Assembly: GCF_001194135.2 (NCBI RefSeq)
Contig: NC_068990.1
Span: 45,292,883-45,356,882, forward strand
Source of the DNA: Octopus bimaculoides
Taxonomy: Eukaryota
Direction of reading: 5' to 3'
DNA length: 64,000 nucleotides
The position numbers were made by a program, and so were the translations under genes. Positions 27,001 through 42,636 of the stretch are shown in pieces; position 1 is the stretch's first letter; each line of letters begins with the position of its first letter. Under the pieces are notes generated by a model. It was not told the origin of the DNA, made no database searches, and saw only the letters and a list, made by a program, of their open reading frames with translations.

Positions 27001-30000
27001 ATATATAACATTTATTCTACAGACAGATCATCACCATCATCATTTAATGTCCATTTTCTATGCTGCCATAGATTGAACAGTTTGACAGGATCTGGTGGGC
27101 ATAAAGATTGCATTGTGCTCCAGTGTCTGCTATGGCATGGTTTCTATAGCTGGATGCCCTTCTTAATGCCAAACACTTCACAGAATGTACTGTCTTTTCC
27201 CCCTCCCTTATTCATTGTCTTGCAAACTGCATAACTTCGCTAGGAGATGAGAGGCAAAAAGGCTAGAGCAGAACAGGTTTCTTGCTCATCTACTCACATT
27301 TTAGAAGTGGAAGTGGCAATAGTTGAGTGAAACCAAAGAGTAGAGGGAGGAGTAGGATAAGAGAGGAATGATGCTGAGTAAGTTGCAGGAGTGGGTAAGG
27401 AAGATAAGTATAATACATAGCCATGGTTAAAAAGTAGAAACCCAAAAGTTCTTATGTTTATCAATATCTTGTAACTCTTTCCTGAATGATAAAAATACTG
27501 ATAGAAATGGATGGCTGTTCAATAAATTTTCGTACAATTTCTTCTCCACTCCTGAAAATATATAGTCAATATGCTGGGGATACAGAAAACTTAGTTTTTA
27601 ACTCACCGGTTAATCCAATCCAATTTAAAAACTCCACTGAGTGCTCGAGCACTTAACCCAGGTGGTAAAACCCAACGTATTGGAGGATGATCCCTTGTTG
27701 ATTCAGCTGATAATCGTGCAAAACCTTGGCAGTGATAAAATGTTGAAAAGCAAACATTAAAATCTTTAAAAATGAAAGTGATAACCGATCAACAGACATT
27801 ATAATTATTTTCACTATGATAAATTTTCAATATAATTTAGGATTTTTCTTTTTTTTTTTTAACCTTTTAACACAAAATTTATTAAAAGCAAAAAACTGAG
27901 ACATAAAACATAGCTATTATACTTTTGCTTTTGCTTCCCACTAATGAAATAATAGCTTGAATTTTATTACTTAAAAGGAAAATGGTAAATTATTCCCCCA
28001 ACAGCAATTTAATTGCAAAATACCACAAATTTAATAAAAAATATATCAGTGTCAATTACAAATTAATAAATTAAATACCTTGAAATTTCCCACTTTCTTT
28101 CACAGAAAACACCAGAATTACATTATCAGCTTCCTATAAATATAAATAAACTGAAAATGTTAGTATATGAGACTGAATATTGTTCAAATAATATCTTAAT
28201 TCAGTAAACAGATGATTTATCTAACACTTCTCTACAATATTATTCTTATAATCACACAATTATTTATTACTTTTATAAAATAACATTGTTTCAGTTATCT
28301 ACAAATTTGTTTCGATCATATAAAATTGTAGGTGCTGTATATTATTTTTCTTTTACTTCCATTAGTAGCACAAGGTATATTGTTCTGAGTATTTATTTGC
28401 ATATAGGAATATAGTATTGTAGACACCTTCATCAGATTTTCAACAGGTGTAAGAAGAGACCACATAGTCACACAACCTGCAAAAGTAAGTTGTCACCAAC
28501 CTGCCCGCAAATCAAACCATACCATTTTAAACATGGAAGGATGCAGTGGATAATGTAATCCTATATGCATATTCCTAAAAAGATGAGATGGCTATGGCTG
28601 GGTTTGTTCAATCAACTTTAATACAGCAACTTCTTGTGGACAAAGATTTGTAATCAAAATTAAGATTTAAATGAAACACGAAAGAATTTTTTTTTTTCCA
28701 ATCATCAACTAAATTAAACAACAGGCATAATACTATGCAATATAAAGTGTTGTAGAGGTGATTTGAAACCTCAACTACTAGATAATTGGTCAGACACCAC
28801 AAGCAAACCACCACAGTTTCACATGATCAGTCAATTAATTGACCAATCAAGCACAAAGCTGTAGCATGACATGGTTTTCTCAAACATTCTACAATTTAGC
28901 TTCCAGTCCCCAATAAAAACCGTTTGGTGCACAGTTGACTTTGTACATTTTGGGGCCAACTGTATGTTGTCACATAGCTTTCTATAATTTCAGAGATGTT
29001 TGTCTCTCTCCCAGTCAGAAAACATTTATATTTTCATTGTAATTAGCCAACACCAATGTCTTTATGTCCAGCAATAAAAATTTCAGTTAAATGTTTGCAG
29101 ATTTGCTTCAGTTATTATTCATGCAACCAACAAAATATATGTCCACTGACCAATTCAACTCAAGCAATTAGCCACCCTCAATTTGATATCATGAAATTGG
29201 TGACAGTTGACGTTCATCTTCACCTAACAACATTTGGTAACATTCAACTCAGGGAAAAGCCAGCAAAAGCTGCAACAATAAACCCAACTTGTCAATCTTA
29301 TGAAAATCAACTTATCACCACTACTACAACAATGAGAGAAGATCAAAGGGGGTAGACACCACTACTCATTACTTTTACCACCACACTCCTCCACCTGTTG
29401 AAACTATGGCATTATAAGGCTATTAGCTTGACTATTAATGGCTTAGGTGTATCTTTCATCTGATCAAATTAACAGTCAAAACCAACTTTCAACATTAAGG
29501 AAAGTTTCCTCTTCTCTTGAATGAATGATTTAGGAGCAAATTTTATCTAGGACCTTCCTGAGTTTGCTGTAACAGCCAGTATTTAATCTTTTCATATCCT
29601 TTCATTTGTGTGGTTCCAGTTGATTTGCGTGTAAAAATGGCAATATCACCAGTCCTGTTGATTTCTTCTGAAAATAGTGATAGCGTAGCTATTCAGGCTG
29701 CTTTGTCCTTTGCTTCACCTGGAGGTCCTTCAATTTGGTTTTCTCAGCTCAAAACCAATTTCACAGCAAATAAAATTTCCTCAGATACACACCAATTTCA
29801 CCTTTTAGTCAGTGTTTTGCCTCTTGCTTTAAGTAGTGAAGTCAAAGATTCAATTACTAAAAATTTTTGACTCCATATTTTATCAAAGTATGAAAGCAGA
29901 AATATTACATTCCCAACTGTTGAGAAGAAGAATGAGAGAATTAGTAGAGGATAACCCACTTGAAGAGTTGATGTTGAGACAACTATTTTTCTCGCACCTA

Positions 30001-33000
30001 TCTTCAAAATGTGCAATCCATTTTAATGCCTCTAAGACAGCTGAGCTCTACTACCCCATTGGCAACTTGGCAGACAGTATTATGGCTGTTTCTTCCTCAA
30101 ATATTTCTAATGCAGATACTTATCCTCCTACCTTCATCTCTTCTATTTCCTCTAAACTGGTGATTTTTTTTTGTAAGACACCCAAAGACAAAATTCTGAC
30201 TTTTACAGATAGACTTGCACAATTAGAATATCCTACACTAGCAGTATAACCCGGCGCTGCTCGGGATTAAGCTAGGATTATTAAATGATTAAGTCCTTTA
30301 TTTCAAACCAAAATAAGTAACAACGACATCAGATTTGAGCGAAATCCGTTGAAATTGGTTTGGCTGAAAATGGTTTGCTGGCAATTTGATTGGGAAATCC
30401 CATAAGGAATCAGTTTATTGGTTATTTTCACTTATTGAATCTTTTTTTAAATGTTGCATTAGAGATCTGCATAGGAGAAGGTTGATCTGAAGGTTTGCAT
30501 TGGGGATCTGGATTGGAGTAACTTAGGAAAGCTTACCAACAACCTTAACCAAAAAATAANNNNNNNNNNNNNNNNNNNNNNNNNNNNNNNNNNNNNNNNN
30601 NNNNNNNNNNNNNNNNNNNNNNNNNNNNNNNNNNNNNNNNNNNNNNNNNNNNNNNNNNNNNNNNNNNNNNNNNNNNNNNNNNNNNNNNNNNNNNNNNNNN
30701 NNNNNNNNNNNNNNNNNNNNNNNNNNNNNNNNNNNNNNNNNNNNNNNNNNNNNNNNNNNNNNNNNNNNNNNNNNNNNNNNNNNNNNNNNNNNNNNNNNNN
30801 NNNNNNNNNNNNNNNNNNNNNNNNNNNNNNNNNNNNNNNNNNNNNNNNNNNNNNNNNNNNNNNNNNNNNNNNNNNNNNNNNNNNNNNNNNNNNNNNNNNN
30901 NNNNNNNNNNNNNNNNNNNNNNNNNNNNNNNNNNNNNNNNNNNNNNNNNNNNNNNNNNNNNNNNNNNNNNNNNNNNNNNNNNNNNNNNNNNNNNNNNNNN
31001 NNNNNNNNNNNNNNNNNNNNNNNNNNNNNNNNNNNNNNNNNNNNNNNNNNNNNNNNNNNNNNNNNNNNNNNNNNNNNNNNNNNNNNNNNNNNNNNNNNNN
31101 NNNNNNNNNNNNNNNNNNNNNNNNNNNNNNNNNNNNNNNNNNNNNNNNNNNNNNNNNNNNNNNNNNNNNNNNNNNNNNNNNNNNNNNNNNNNNNNNNNNN
31201 NNNNNNNNNNNNNNNNNNNNNNNNNNNNNNNNNNNNNNNNNNNNNNNNNNNNNNNNNNNNNNNNNNNNNNNNNNNNNNNNNNNTTTCTTTCTTTCTCTCT
31301 CTCTCTCCTTCACGCGCGTACGCACAGATTTGACTTCGCCATGTCAACAAACTTCAAAATTGGTAAAAGTTTATCGATTTTTACAGCTATACGCGGGTGC
31401 CTCTGTGAAAAAAAGTTGACAAAAACACAGATAGGGTCATGAACAATGTCCTCCTAAAATTGGAGCGACATGCGTGCTAATTTGTGGACGTGCATAACTC
31501 ACATCACGTACACACACACACACAAACATCTTATGTTTTATAGATATTGATTTTCTATATCCTCAAATTCTTGTGACCAGATGACTTCTAGAAATCAGCC
31601 ATTCAGTCCTCATAGGAGAATGTTTTGTTGGTATCATAACCATTTTGGTGTTGAAGTACACAAATGCATGCAACTGTCTTTCATTGGTTCCTGGTAGATA
31701 CAGGAGCAGTTTGCAGCATTTGGCCAGTAATATTTTTATGTAATTCGCAGAAATTGTCAGCTGTAATCTTACAAGCTGTTAACCACCCTCCTATTTCCAC
31801 TTACAGTGAGAAATCTATGATCTTGGATCTTAATTTGCAATGAGAATTCAAGATCTTTATAATTATGGATGTTGCATATCCTATTCTCAGTGCTGACTTC
31901 TTGCATCATTTTGGTCTTCTTGTAGATTCAAAACACAGGAGATTGAGAGATTCAGAATAGGATTTGTCTGTGCAGGGTACATATAGTAAAACTGCTACTG
32001 TCAGACTTCTTTTCTTTGTACCCTCCACATGTAATCATTATTATATGATTCTTAAGAAATTTCCAGACATCACTCCCACTGTTTTTAATAGGAATCCAGT
32101 ACACTAAATTACACATATCACTAAGGGACCTCTTGTTTCATCACGACCCAAGTGACTCACTGCTGGCAAGCTAAAAATAGTTAAGGATGAATTTAGCCAC
32201 ATGTTGAACTTAGGAATAATCCAGCCTTCCTGTAGTAATTGATCTTCTTAACTTCATACAGTTCGACTATAAACGATTGAATGTTTTAACTGTTCCTGAT
32301 AAGTACTCAATTCTACATATTCGTGATTTTTCAGCTTTTTACGTGGTTGTACTATTTTTGCAAAAATTAGTTTAAGTTTCCCTACTAGCCCATTCAATAC
32401 CACACACTCCTCTATCATTGATAGTAGATGCATCTGATGTTGGAATCAGAGGAGTACAGCAACAATTTGTCCAAAATCCCTGGCAACCTCTTTCTATTTT
32501 ACCAAAACATTTTAAGCCAGCTGAAACAAAGCACTCTTCCACCAGTTCAAAATAAAATGTATCACTTGACCTGTATAGATTGTTTTTCCATATACAGATT
32601 AAAGACATTTTATCCTTTACAGCTGCAAAGGCCCTAGTAGCCAAATGGATTTCACGTTTTGGTGCACCTATGACAATAACAACTGGCGGTGGGTGTCAAT
32701 TTGAATCCAGTCTTTTTGCTAAGCTATCTAATCTGTTAGGTATACAAAGAATTTGTACTACAGTTTATCATCCCATGTTAATGGAATGATACATTTTCAT
32801 TGCCAGCTTAATGTAGCTTTATGAGCACATTCCAATCTGGATAGATGATTAGAAGACCTGGCAATTGTGTTACTAGCTTTACATACCACTATTAAAGAAG
32901 ACCTAGGTTACTCCTTTGCAGAATTACTATATGGTTTGGCACTTACACTGCCTGGTCAGATGGTAGTGGCTACAGCTAATCAACATGATCCTACCAGCTA

Positions 33001-36000
33001 TATTCATTGTCTATGAAATTATATGGCACAATTATCTCTGTTGATTAAAACTTTTATTTCACCTGACTTACATTTTTGTATGCAACAATGCAGTTAAGTA
33101 TCCAATGGATTATTCTGGTCCACATCGTGTACTAAAAGCTAAACCAAAATGTATGGTCATGGAGATTCAGAGTAGATGGATAACTGTCAATGTTGACCGA
33201 CTTCCATTGGCTGATTAAGAACACTTGGACATATCTTTTTTTAACTCAAAAAGTTTTTTTACATTTCAAAAAAAAAAACAAAAAAAAAACTGCAGAACTT
33301 TGCCTATTTTACAAACTTATTCTTATATAGCCATTCTTTCTGCATTTATTCTGTATTCAATGCATGTTTTTTCCTTCTTGCTCTTTTTGTACTTGTGTTG
33401 GCTTCATTTTATTGTTTTATACTTTTTACATTCATGTAAAGAACTAGGAAAAGACTACTTGTGGTGGTGATTCAAAATCTCAACTGATAATCTATCAGAC
33501 ACCTCAAGCGAATCACTTTGGTTTCATGTGATCAACCAGTCAGTGTGAAGTTGTGGCATGGCATAACATGATTTTTTGAATTTAGCTTCTGGTCCCTTAT
33601 AAAAACCATTTGGTATGCAGATGGTTAAGGATCACCAAGGATCTCTGATTTGCACAGTTGACATCATATAGTTTTTAGGCCAACTGCATGTCACACAGAA
33701 AGCTTCTTATAACTTCAGGGTAGTCTGTCTATCCCAGTCCATAAACATTTGTTGTTCATGGTATATAACCAACACCAATACATTTATGTGCAGTAAGACA
33801 TATTTCAGTTAAATGTTTGCAAGTTTGCTTCAGTTATTATTCATGCAGCCTACGAAATACATCTCCTTTTTACCAGCTCCACGTCACACCAACCAAGCCA
33901 CCCTTGTGACAGCATTCTAAAATGAAGTTGTACGAGAGATATGAAGAGATATACATTTTTTTCAGCAATATTAAATACCTTCATCCTTGACAGAGATTAT
34001 TCAATGAACATGATCTATTAGGAACAATTTTTTTTAGTGATGCTACAGGACCAAACTTCAATCACACTTATGTACACTTTCTAGCTTACAGGAGCCAAGA
34101 TTTTTTTCCTGCATGAGGTGTACAATAATTGAATTACAGCAACCATAGAATAAAAATTGGATGTGTGTGTAGATATATATATATTTTAGATGAAGTAATT
34201 TTTCACAATTGCTTTTAAGAAAATAAATGACAAATACAGCATAAGAAGCAGTTGATTAACTCCATACCCTAAAAGCTTGATTCAATCTGGCTTCATTCTG
34301 TGGGGGAGTTGACCAAACACCTTTAGCTTTAGCTAAAGCCACATTTTCATGATTATTACTCTTAATTAAGAAGAAGCGAGCCCTCTTGAATAAATATTTC
34401 AAACGAGATGCACTACCTGTAATATATATAAAATATAATTAATTTGAAACATGCATCATATCAATGTTTTAAATGTTAATACATACATGTTGGTATAAAT
34501 TAGATGAGTATACTTACACTCTATAGGTGTCTCCTTGGTCAGTTCTGTAACCAACATTCTCAAATAACACCTTATTACAATCTATATCATCAGTATGTTT
34601 ACTTTAATCTAGCAGCAATCACTTATGTGTTTAGTATTTATTGATTCTGATCACATGTTCAAACAATTGCACTTGTCTTTGGTCAGCAAGCAAATTTTTT
34701 CCACTCATTTGTGGTCTGAAACATTCAGTATAATATATTTATTTATTCCTATGTGGAATCAGAACATGACTGACATCATGTTAAAATATTTTATAACGAT
34801 AAGATATCAGATGTCCGATTCAGTAAGATGTATATGAATATATACATAAATATATGTGGAATTTAGATATGTATCTCTACATTTTAAGTTCAAATCCTAC
34901 CTATGATCATTGTCTTTCATTCTTTTGAGGTTGATAAAAAGAGTGCCAGGAGTATTGGGTACAATGGGGAAGGCAATATAGTTGACTATTCATGAAAATG
35001 GCAGATCAACATGGTTACAATCCCAATAAAACTTTTTCTATCATATGTATCATGTGACAGTGCACCATGTCATATTCCAACATATGTGCTGTGTTGCTTT
35101 CATAACCAAAGCATTTAATGCTGATTGCTTCCATTCAAGCAACTGTAAGTATTTCTTGTATTTCAACAAAAAATACATTTGTCAAGAACTCCCCTTTCCA
35201 ACATTTAATCTGTGACAATGCAAACTAAGCAGTAACCACCTTAAACTCACCTGGTTATTCTTAGAATGAGAACCTAAGAATTTTTGCACACTGCCCTTAT
35301 CCATCAGATAAATATTGAAGATAAATATTGAAAAAATAAAGCATAGTGGTTATACAGATTACAACCAAACAGTCGAAAGATTGTAGACAACATTAGAACA
35401 TGTACTCAGCAGCACCTTCAAGATCTAGCTACATGATTTACGTTCTAGGTAATTAACAATTCCCAAACTAAGAAAGGCCAACATACGTCGTCTCTCAGAT
35501 TCACTGTCATCACCATCATCATCCTCATCAGCAGAATCTTCACTTTTCCTGTCCCATTCAATTGGGGAAATCCCTCTTTTGTGGTTTTTCTCCCGTCGAG
35601 GTTCATCTTTCTTTTCTTTGTCAGAAGGATCTAAAATAAGATTTGCTGAATTAAACCACAGTTGTCATAATGTTGATATCATTCATCTTTTTTGTGATAA
35701 TCAAAATTTTTGGTTACATATAATTGTCCAGATTAGCTTTTATAAGAAAATAAGGAAAACTGCCAGAACTTCCTTTCTTTTTTACTTTGCAGCTGCTAGT
35801 TTAATTTTACAATTAACCGTTTTGTAATAAAAAGGTAAACAGAAGTGAGACACAAGTATACAATGCAATGAAATTTCAACTTGAATTAGTGAATGTGAGA
35901 AGAATAATTCTAGATTTGTGTATGTGTGCATGTATTTTCTTTCACTTCTTTGTAGAATTCCAAAAAATATTGGATAGAGGAAAAATAAAAAGTGTTACAA

Positions 36001-36691
36001 CATTGTAAACTAAATCATTTTGATAAGGCAAGGTCCATTTTGTCATTAGACAGACAAGCTATAATTAATCGGGGAAGGGGGGAGATGATATGCTGTTGAT
36101 TAACCTACTCCTACTAGAACATATAGTATATTTTCATCTACATCAGTGCAAAATCAGCCTATCAAGATTTTAAACTCAAAATTATGAGACAATAAACTAG
36201 ATATCATAGAGTAGTTAGTGTGAATCTCTACCCACTTCAACTCTTACAAGGATTCCAACAAAAGATCCTTGGTGTGATTGCCCAAGTTGCTAGAAATAGC
36301 AACCAAATCTCTAATAAAAGGGGTAACAACATTAGGTTGGTGGTGAGCTGGCATAATTGTTAGCACACTGAGAAAAATGCTTAGCAGCATTTCATTCGCT
36401 TGCATGTTGTGAGTTCAAATTCCAGAGTTGACTTCACTTTTCATCCTTTTGGGATCGATAAAATAAGTACCTGTTAAGCACTAGGGTTGATCTAATTGAC
36501 TTAGCCACTCCCACAAAATTTCAGCCTTCTGTTAAAATTTGAAACCATTATTAGCCACTAGGCTATTGAAGCATATACATTCTGAGTTCAAATCCTTACA
36601 TAGAAGCTAAAGCAAGAAAGGAAAGGTAAAAAACTAGAATTCATTCTCTTAAAAAAATAAAGTGGTGCTTTATTGATGAAAAAAAACAACA

Positions 36692-36741
<50 letters not shown>

Positions 36742-39700
36742 CCAACAAACTTACAAGATTCTGAATTTGAGTCAGTCAAGGAAGTTTCTGAACTAGAAGT
36801 ACCAATTTCACTGCGTGTATCATAATCTTGAATAACCATGGCATCATTGCCTGCAGCAGGCAAGTCTTCAGACTCTTCAGCACTGATACTAACATTATGT
36901 TTATCATCAGAGTCATCTTCATAATGATCATCAATTTTATTCATAAGAAGTTCATCTTTAAGTAGAAACATAAGTTTAGATCATATTAGCTTCATCCTCA
37001 AATTTGTAGCAATAAAAATTGAAAACCAAATAAACAGTCTTAGAACTTCAACAAAGATAGCTACCTTCGGCATCTTTATCTAAATCAAGAGTGTAATCAT
37101 CATCCAAGTCATCAAGACCATCATTGTCTCGAAGTTGTAACATTTCCTTATGAGCTTTTTCTGGTTTCTTTAAGACTTTCTTTACCTCTTTCCTTGGAAC
37201 CATTTTCTTTATTCCTTTACTTGGTTTGAGATCTGAAGGAATTAGAAAGATTATTATGGTGAAAATATATAGTTCATATATCCACAAACATTGTGCGTTT
37301 GTATGTGTAAGTATCCATGTATATGTATGTATACATACACACACACACACGGTTTAAATTATGTCAAAGGACTGATCTGAATAATCCAAGCACTAGATTC
37401 TCTTTTACAGCTTAGCTTGAATATTCTATTTCATATGCGCTTTTCTACACAGCTATATGTTGTAGAATTTGTTAAATGTTTTACTCCACCCCGAATAAAA
37501 TTTTAGCAGATTATCCATTCTGGACTTTGTGGCAATGCAGAGAAATATATTTTTTGGCAACACAGACAAATCTATATTCAAATTAGATGAATTCATTTTC
37601 AAGAGTCAAGAGTTCAAATTACAAAGTAATTTATAATTAGCTTTTCTCACACAAGCACTGACACTGACAACATTTAATATTCACAACGAAACTAACCTTT
37701 TTCCTCAATAGACTTGGTTTGTACTCTTGATCTTGGCTCTTTAACCTTTAGATCTTGTTTTACAGACAGACCAACACTAACCCCAGGTTTTGTAGTAGTT
37801 GCTTTTCCTTTTGACAGAGAAGGTTTGACTTTAGCAATTTTATTTGAAGAAATACTTTTTTGTTTGGCAAGCATTGCATGTTCTGAAATAAAATATTTGA
37901 AACTGTCTTACTTTGGTGCTATGTATGTATGCATGAATGTATATGTGTGTATATAACTTAGTAATATGTAAAGATAGCAACAGCTTTAAAAACATCTTTC
38001 AAAATGATCTTAATCTTTTGTAACCTTAATGATTCAATGGCAGTTTTCAAATATACAATCATTGCAGAAATTGCTTGCTTTCAAATTTTAAGACTCAAAT
38101 CTATTTTCATCATTGCTCTCATAATAACCCATATTCTTTTTTTTTCAACATGAGTTGGAGGTATGCAGAATGCACAAAAGCATGTTTTTACAAGTCCCTT
38201 TCTGATGCTGATTCATCTTTCTAGGTCTGGACTGAACCTGGATACCATCTACTACTATACCACACTCACATATTCAATTGGTTGCTGCCCATCTTTAGGA
38301 TGACCTCACAAATACTATTAACCCTATACTCTTATACTAATGAAATGTTCCACTGCCACATAGTGTTACATCTTTGAAAATCTGCATTACACAACCTATC
38401 CTTAATTGCCAGCAAGAAGAACGGTCCCTTTTAAAGTTCTTCCTGTCAATATAGTTGTTTAATATTGCTACACTCAATAAGAAAGAGCATTGCTATTGGA
38501 TCATGTGGTACTTTTGGAGCACCGAATTAGTATAATCAATATTGAGTTAGTAAAGCAAAAGTTTGGCAGGTGGTTGTTATAGAAACAAAGGATTGAGTAT
38601 GAAGAATAAAAGAAAAGGCTGCAGAAAAGGCATGTACCTTTAATAGTTTTGAGTGGAGGCCAAAGTAGAGCAAACAGATATAGAATTTCTTCTAATGACA
38701 AGTGACATGAAAACATTGTTCCATAGTGGGCCAAGGTGCAAAGGCTGATGCCAGCAAATGACTGTTTCACAATTATGTGAATGACTTCTTTTTTAATACT
38801 GTCTAGCATTAAAATCGGAAGACAGATATGAGAATAACACTATGATGTGGGTACATGGAGCCCTTGCAATAATCACAGCTATTCTTGACTCTAAAGCAAA
38901 CGCCAAGTTTCTTTGAAATGGTTATGACAATACTAAAGTTACAGCATATATAACATGTAGAATCGTCTACATTGGAAGCTAAAGGAATAGCAATGTGATA
39001 CAATTGTTTGAGCTTTCTTAAATCTAGGTAATATTTAGGTTTTAATTTAGTTAAAAAAACAAAATATAAGATCCTCATTAAAAATATAATGAAGGAGGTC
39101 AATGATGAAAATATAACATATCTAGTAAGATATGTTAGTATCAAAAGACTATGGAAAGAAAGGATAAATACTGAGTTATCAAGAGAATAAAAGTGTAGAG
39201 AATTAACCATGTTACTTATGAAGAAAAAATATCAGGGAAATCTCATCCTTTGGAAATATGAAGAGTTTTATAAAATGAGGAGGGTCAGGAGGTCTCCACT
39301 GAAAGATGTGGATATAGTGATTAGTGAGAAAATATTAGATTTGTGTAGTTAATTCCAAGCAAAACATAAGAGAATTTAACAAATACTTCTGACAAGCTAT
39401 GTTAAAGGTTGATATTTGTTTTAAAAGATTAGTGACTATATGCTACATAGATTAAAAACGACACATATACTACTGCTGCTATTAATTCCTCAAATGTTTA
39501 TATATAAAATATCAGTGAAATCTAAAATTCATCACAGCTTTATGCAAAAGTTGATTGCATTTCCACAATGCTAAATTCTGACAGACATGACACAATCATT
39601 TGTCTAATGCTTGAGTTTAGAAACAAAGATCTAAAAAACCTGAATCCCTTAATTCATTGACTGTAAGAGATAGTACTTGAAGAAGTTGTCATTAGATAGT

Positions 39701-42582
39701 GCATTTAACACAAGTTAGTTTGAATGACTTTATTCCACAAACTAGACTTATGAGACAACTAAAATGCAGTACGAGTTAACAAGCTATTCATCAGTTATAT
39801 AGTAAATGGAGATTCAATTGTTTCAGTAATGAATATTCAGCTGTTCAATCAAATGAATAACCTATTTAGTGAATTAGCATGCGAGCAGCTGAGTATCCCA
39901 GTTACATATACTCTTAACATAGTCCTCAGGCAGAATCAGTGTAGTTCGTCCTTTAAACTACAGCTTCAATCCAGTTTCCATCCACCCACACAATTTCACT
40001 CACAAGACAAGGGTTGACTTGAAACTGTGATAAAAGACATGCCCAACATAACATGCTGTAGCATCAAATCTGGGATATTGTCATTGCAAAACGAACTTCA
40101 TTACCATTCTACATTCATAGCACTACAATGGATTGGCAGAATCAGTAAAGTGACAAAATGCCCAGCAGTATTTAGTTGTGTTACCATTACATTTTGACAT
40201 CAAATCCCACCAAAATTGATTTTGCCTATCATCCTTCTGGAATTGATAAAATATGCACCAACAAAACAGGAGTTGATCTAATTGATTATATCCACCCTCC
40301 AAACGTGAAGTCTTGTGTCTATATAATACAGCTACTGCTTACAGTGAAGAAAAAACTCCTGACCATCCATCTTCCTCACCCACTATTCCTGACAGTGTCA
40401 TAGAGATAGAGTCCTCAGGTACTGCCTCCATAGGGTCCTATCAGAAGCATTTGTCATCAAACTTTCCAACTTGGGAATCTTCCCAAGCACGACTAAATGA
40501 GATTATGATATTATCCAACCACCTTGTTCTTGGTCTACCCTTAGATCTCCTGCTGGTTGGATCAGCTTGAAGAATCCATCTTGCAATTCTTTCCCACAAC
40601 ACTCTAATCTCATGTTTGTAGTACAAGAGCCGTGGTCCCTCAATGGAGAGTAGTGGCCCAATCTGGAGAAACTCCTTGATCTCCAAGCCACACACCCTGC
40701 CAAGTAACTCTAAACTTCTTTTCCTAGTTTTAAACTTTTGTATCTGAAATAATTCTAACTTAAGAACAAGTTTAAGTATAGAGATTTAAAAAAAAAACAC
40801 TTGCTTATCAAATCCTTCATTATAGCTTCAGTGACATGAAAAGGTAAAAGGTACTCAGTCACAAAGCCTTGATATTTACTTACCTGGGTGAATAAAAATA
40901 CTTACTCATCCTGTCTACTACCTTATGCAAGAGATATATGTGTTTTCTTGGTCACAGAAACAAAATACATTCAAGTCACATTACAATTTACTCAATTATG
41001 TTCACTTCCTAATCCTTTCAAAGTTCCCCATTTTAATAATAATTTTAATAAATGAAAGTATAATGGCTGAGGCAATTATGCTGCTAAACTATTGAGTCCA
41101 AAAACTTTACTACAGTAATTGCAGGCTTGTAACCCAACGTCAAACCCCAATAACATTGCAACTGGCACCATTCAGCAACCCTCCCTCCATCACTCTTTTT
41201 TTCAGACAATGTATCCTAGATTATAATAACCAATTATAATAACCTAGATTATGATAACCAATTCCTTTTAAAATATTAAGATGTGATACGAGACATTTGA
41301 TTACTATTTCTAGCAGGCCAAGCTATCTCATTGGCTTGACAGCAATAATTTTCTCTATGCAAGGCTAATGCACATAATTCTACAAGCCCCAGTTTGCTCA
41401 ACATATAAAACTGATTGTGCTTCTATTCACAGGTTTAGCAGCAAAAAGAGTACCCAACTGTAAAAATCAACTGCTCCAACAAAAGAAATCAATTAATTCT
41501 ACTAGAACAATCATTTCTAATTTAGGCACAAGGCCAGCAATTTTAAGGGAAGGGAGTTAGTCAATTACATTAACCCTAGTATTTGACTGGTACTTTATTT
41601 TATCAACCCTAGAAGGATGTAAAGAAGTGGAACAAATACAACAAAGCATTTTGTCTGCCATGCTACTCCATCCACCCCAAAACTAATAATAATAATAATA
41701 ACTATGCTAATCAATAAGAATTACTTAATTCATATGGTTAAACTAGGTTATACATATTGCAACTATTCCTCATTTTATTTGTTTCTATATCAAAATGTCT
41801 GTATAATCATTTAACCTTCTAATAATAGTGATCACATCACCCTCAAATCACACACTACCACTTGAAAAAAACAAAACAGAAAAGGAATAACTACACCATT
41901 GATCACAGATAAGTGGGATGAAGGTTGACCAGGAACTAAACAATGACAAAATGAATTCTTAGATCCTCTGATAACTTGACTCACTATCCTCTTGGCTAAC
42001 TTTGGTTTTCATTTTCTTTATTAAGCTCATCACAACAGTACCTATACCATTGTGGTATTATACTTTCTTTGACAATCCATACATTTTCTAAGGAAAATTT
42101 TTTCCCCTGATTATGTTCAAGTTCAGCAGATTTGTTTGCCTTTCTGTCTCATGTTATTCTAAATGTATTTCTCAACTATGTTTCCTCTACTCCTTCAAAA
42201 CCTAAACCAACTGCCTTATTACTTAACATGATAATTAATCCTTCACTATTGCTACCAACTTCCAAGGTATGGTTCTTTGCATAAGCAAGGTTGTTTCTCA
42301 AAAATATACAACAATCTTCTATTCAACCACTCATATCCAACTGTCTAGTGTTGTTTCAAAGCTGGCCTACATAGAGAGGAAACCTCACATATGCTCCATC
42401 TATTGTAAAATACTACCGTTACTTCTGTTAGGAATGAATTTCAGAGTTTGTAAAATCAAACTAATATTCAAAATGACTTAAAACTGTTAGTATTCAATAT
42501 GTAAAATAATTGAAAAATGTTAGTAGTGAAATTCCATTATAAATCATCTTTCAAAAGTTAGTTAAAAAAATACTGATATTTG

Positions 42583-42636
<54 letters not shown>

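Larger units (their letters stand above)
28751..33911 (+). mobile_element. Degenerate full-length Gypsy/Ty3 LTR retrotransposon in YTHDC1 intron 7, antisense to the host
   Basis: Diverged direct repeats at about 28751-29195 and 33460-33911; PBS-like TGGTGACA at 29198; purine tract before the 3' LTR; gag-like WFSQLK and LRQLF; CWYH..FG..KC knuckle; protease FLVDTGA; RNase H DASDVGI; integrase [14 protein letters not shown]. Many stops and frameshifts. Confidence 0.88.

Noticed and set aside
30459-31350. ORFs of 275-288 aa
   Set aside because: They consist almost entirely of X from the assembly gap.
38090-39300. ORFs of 102 and 133 aa as a possible nested gene
   Set aside because: The hydrophobic, AT-driven composition has no exon-like boundaries. 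It is more likely antisense of a decayed retroelement that I cannot assign.
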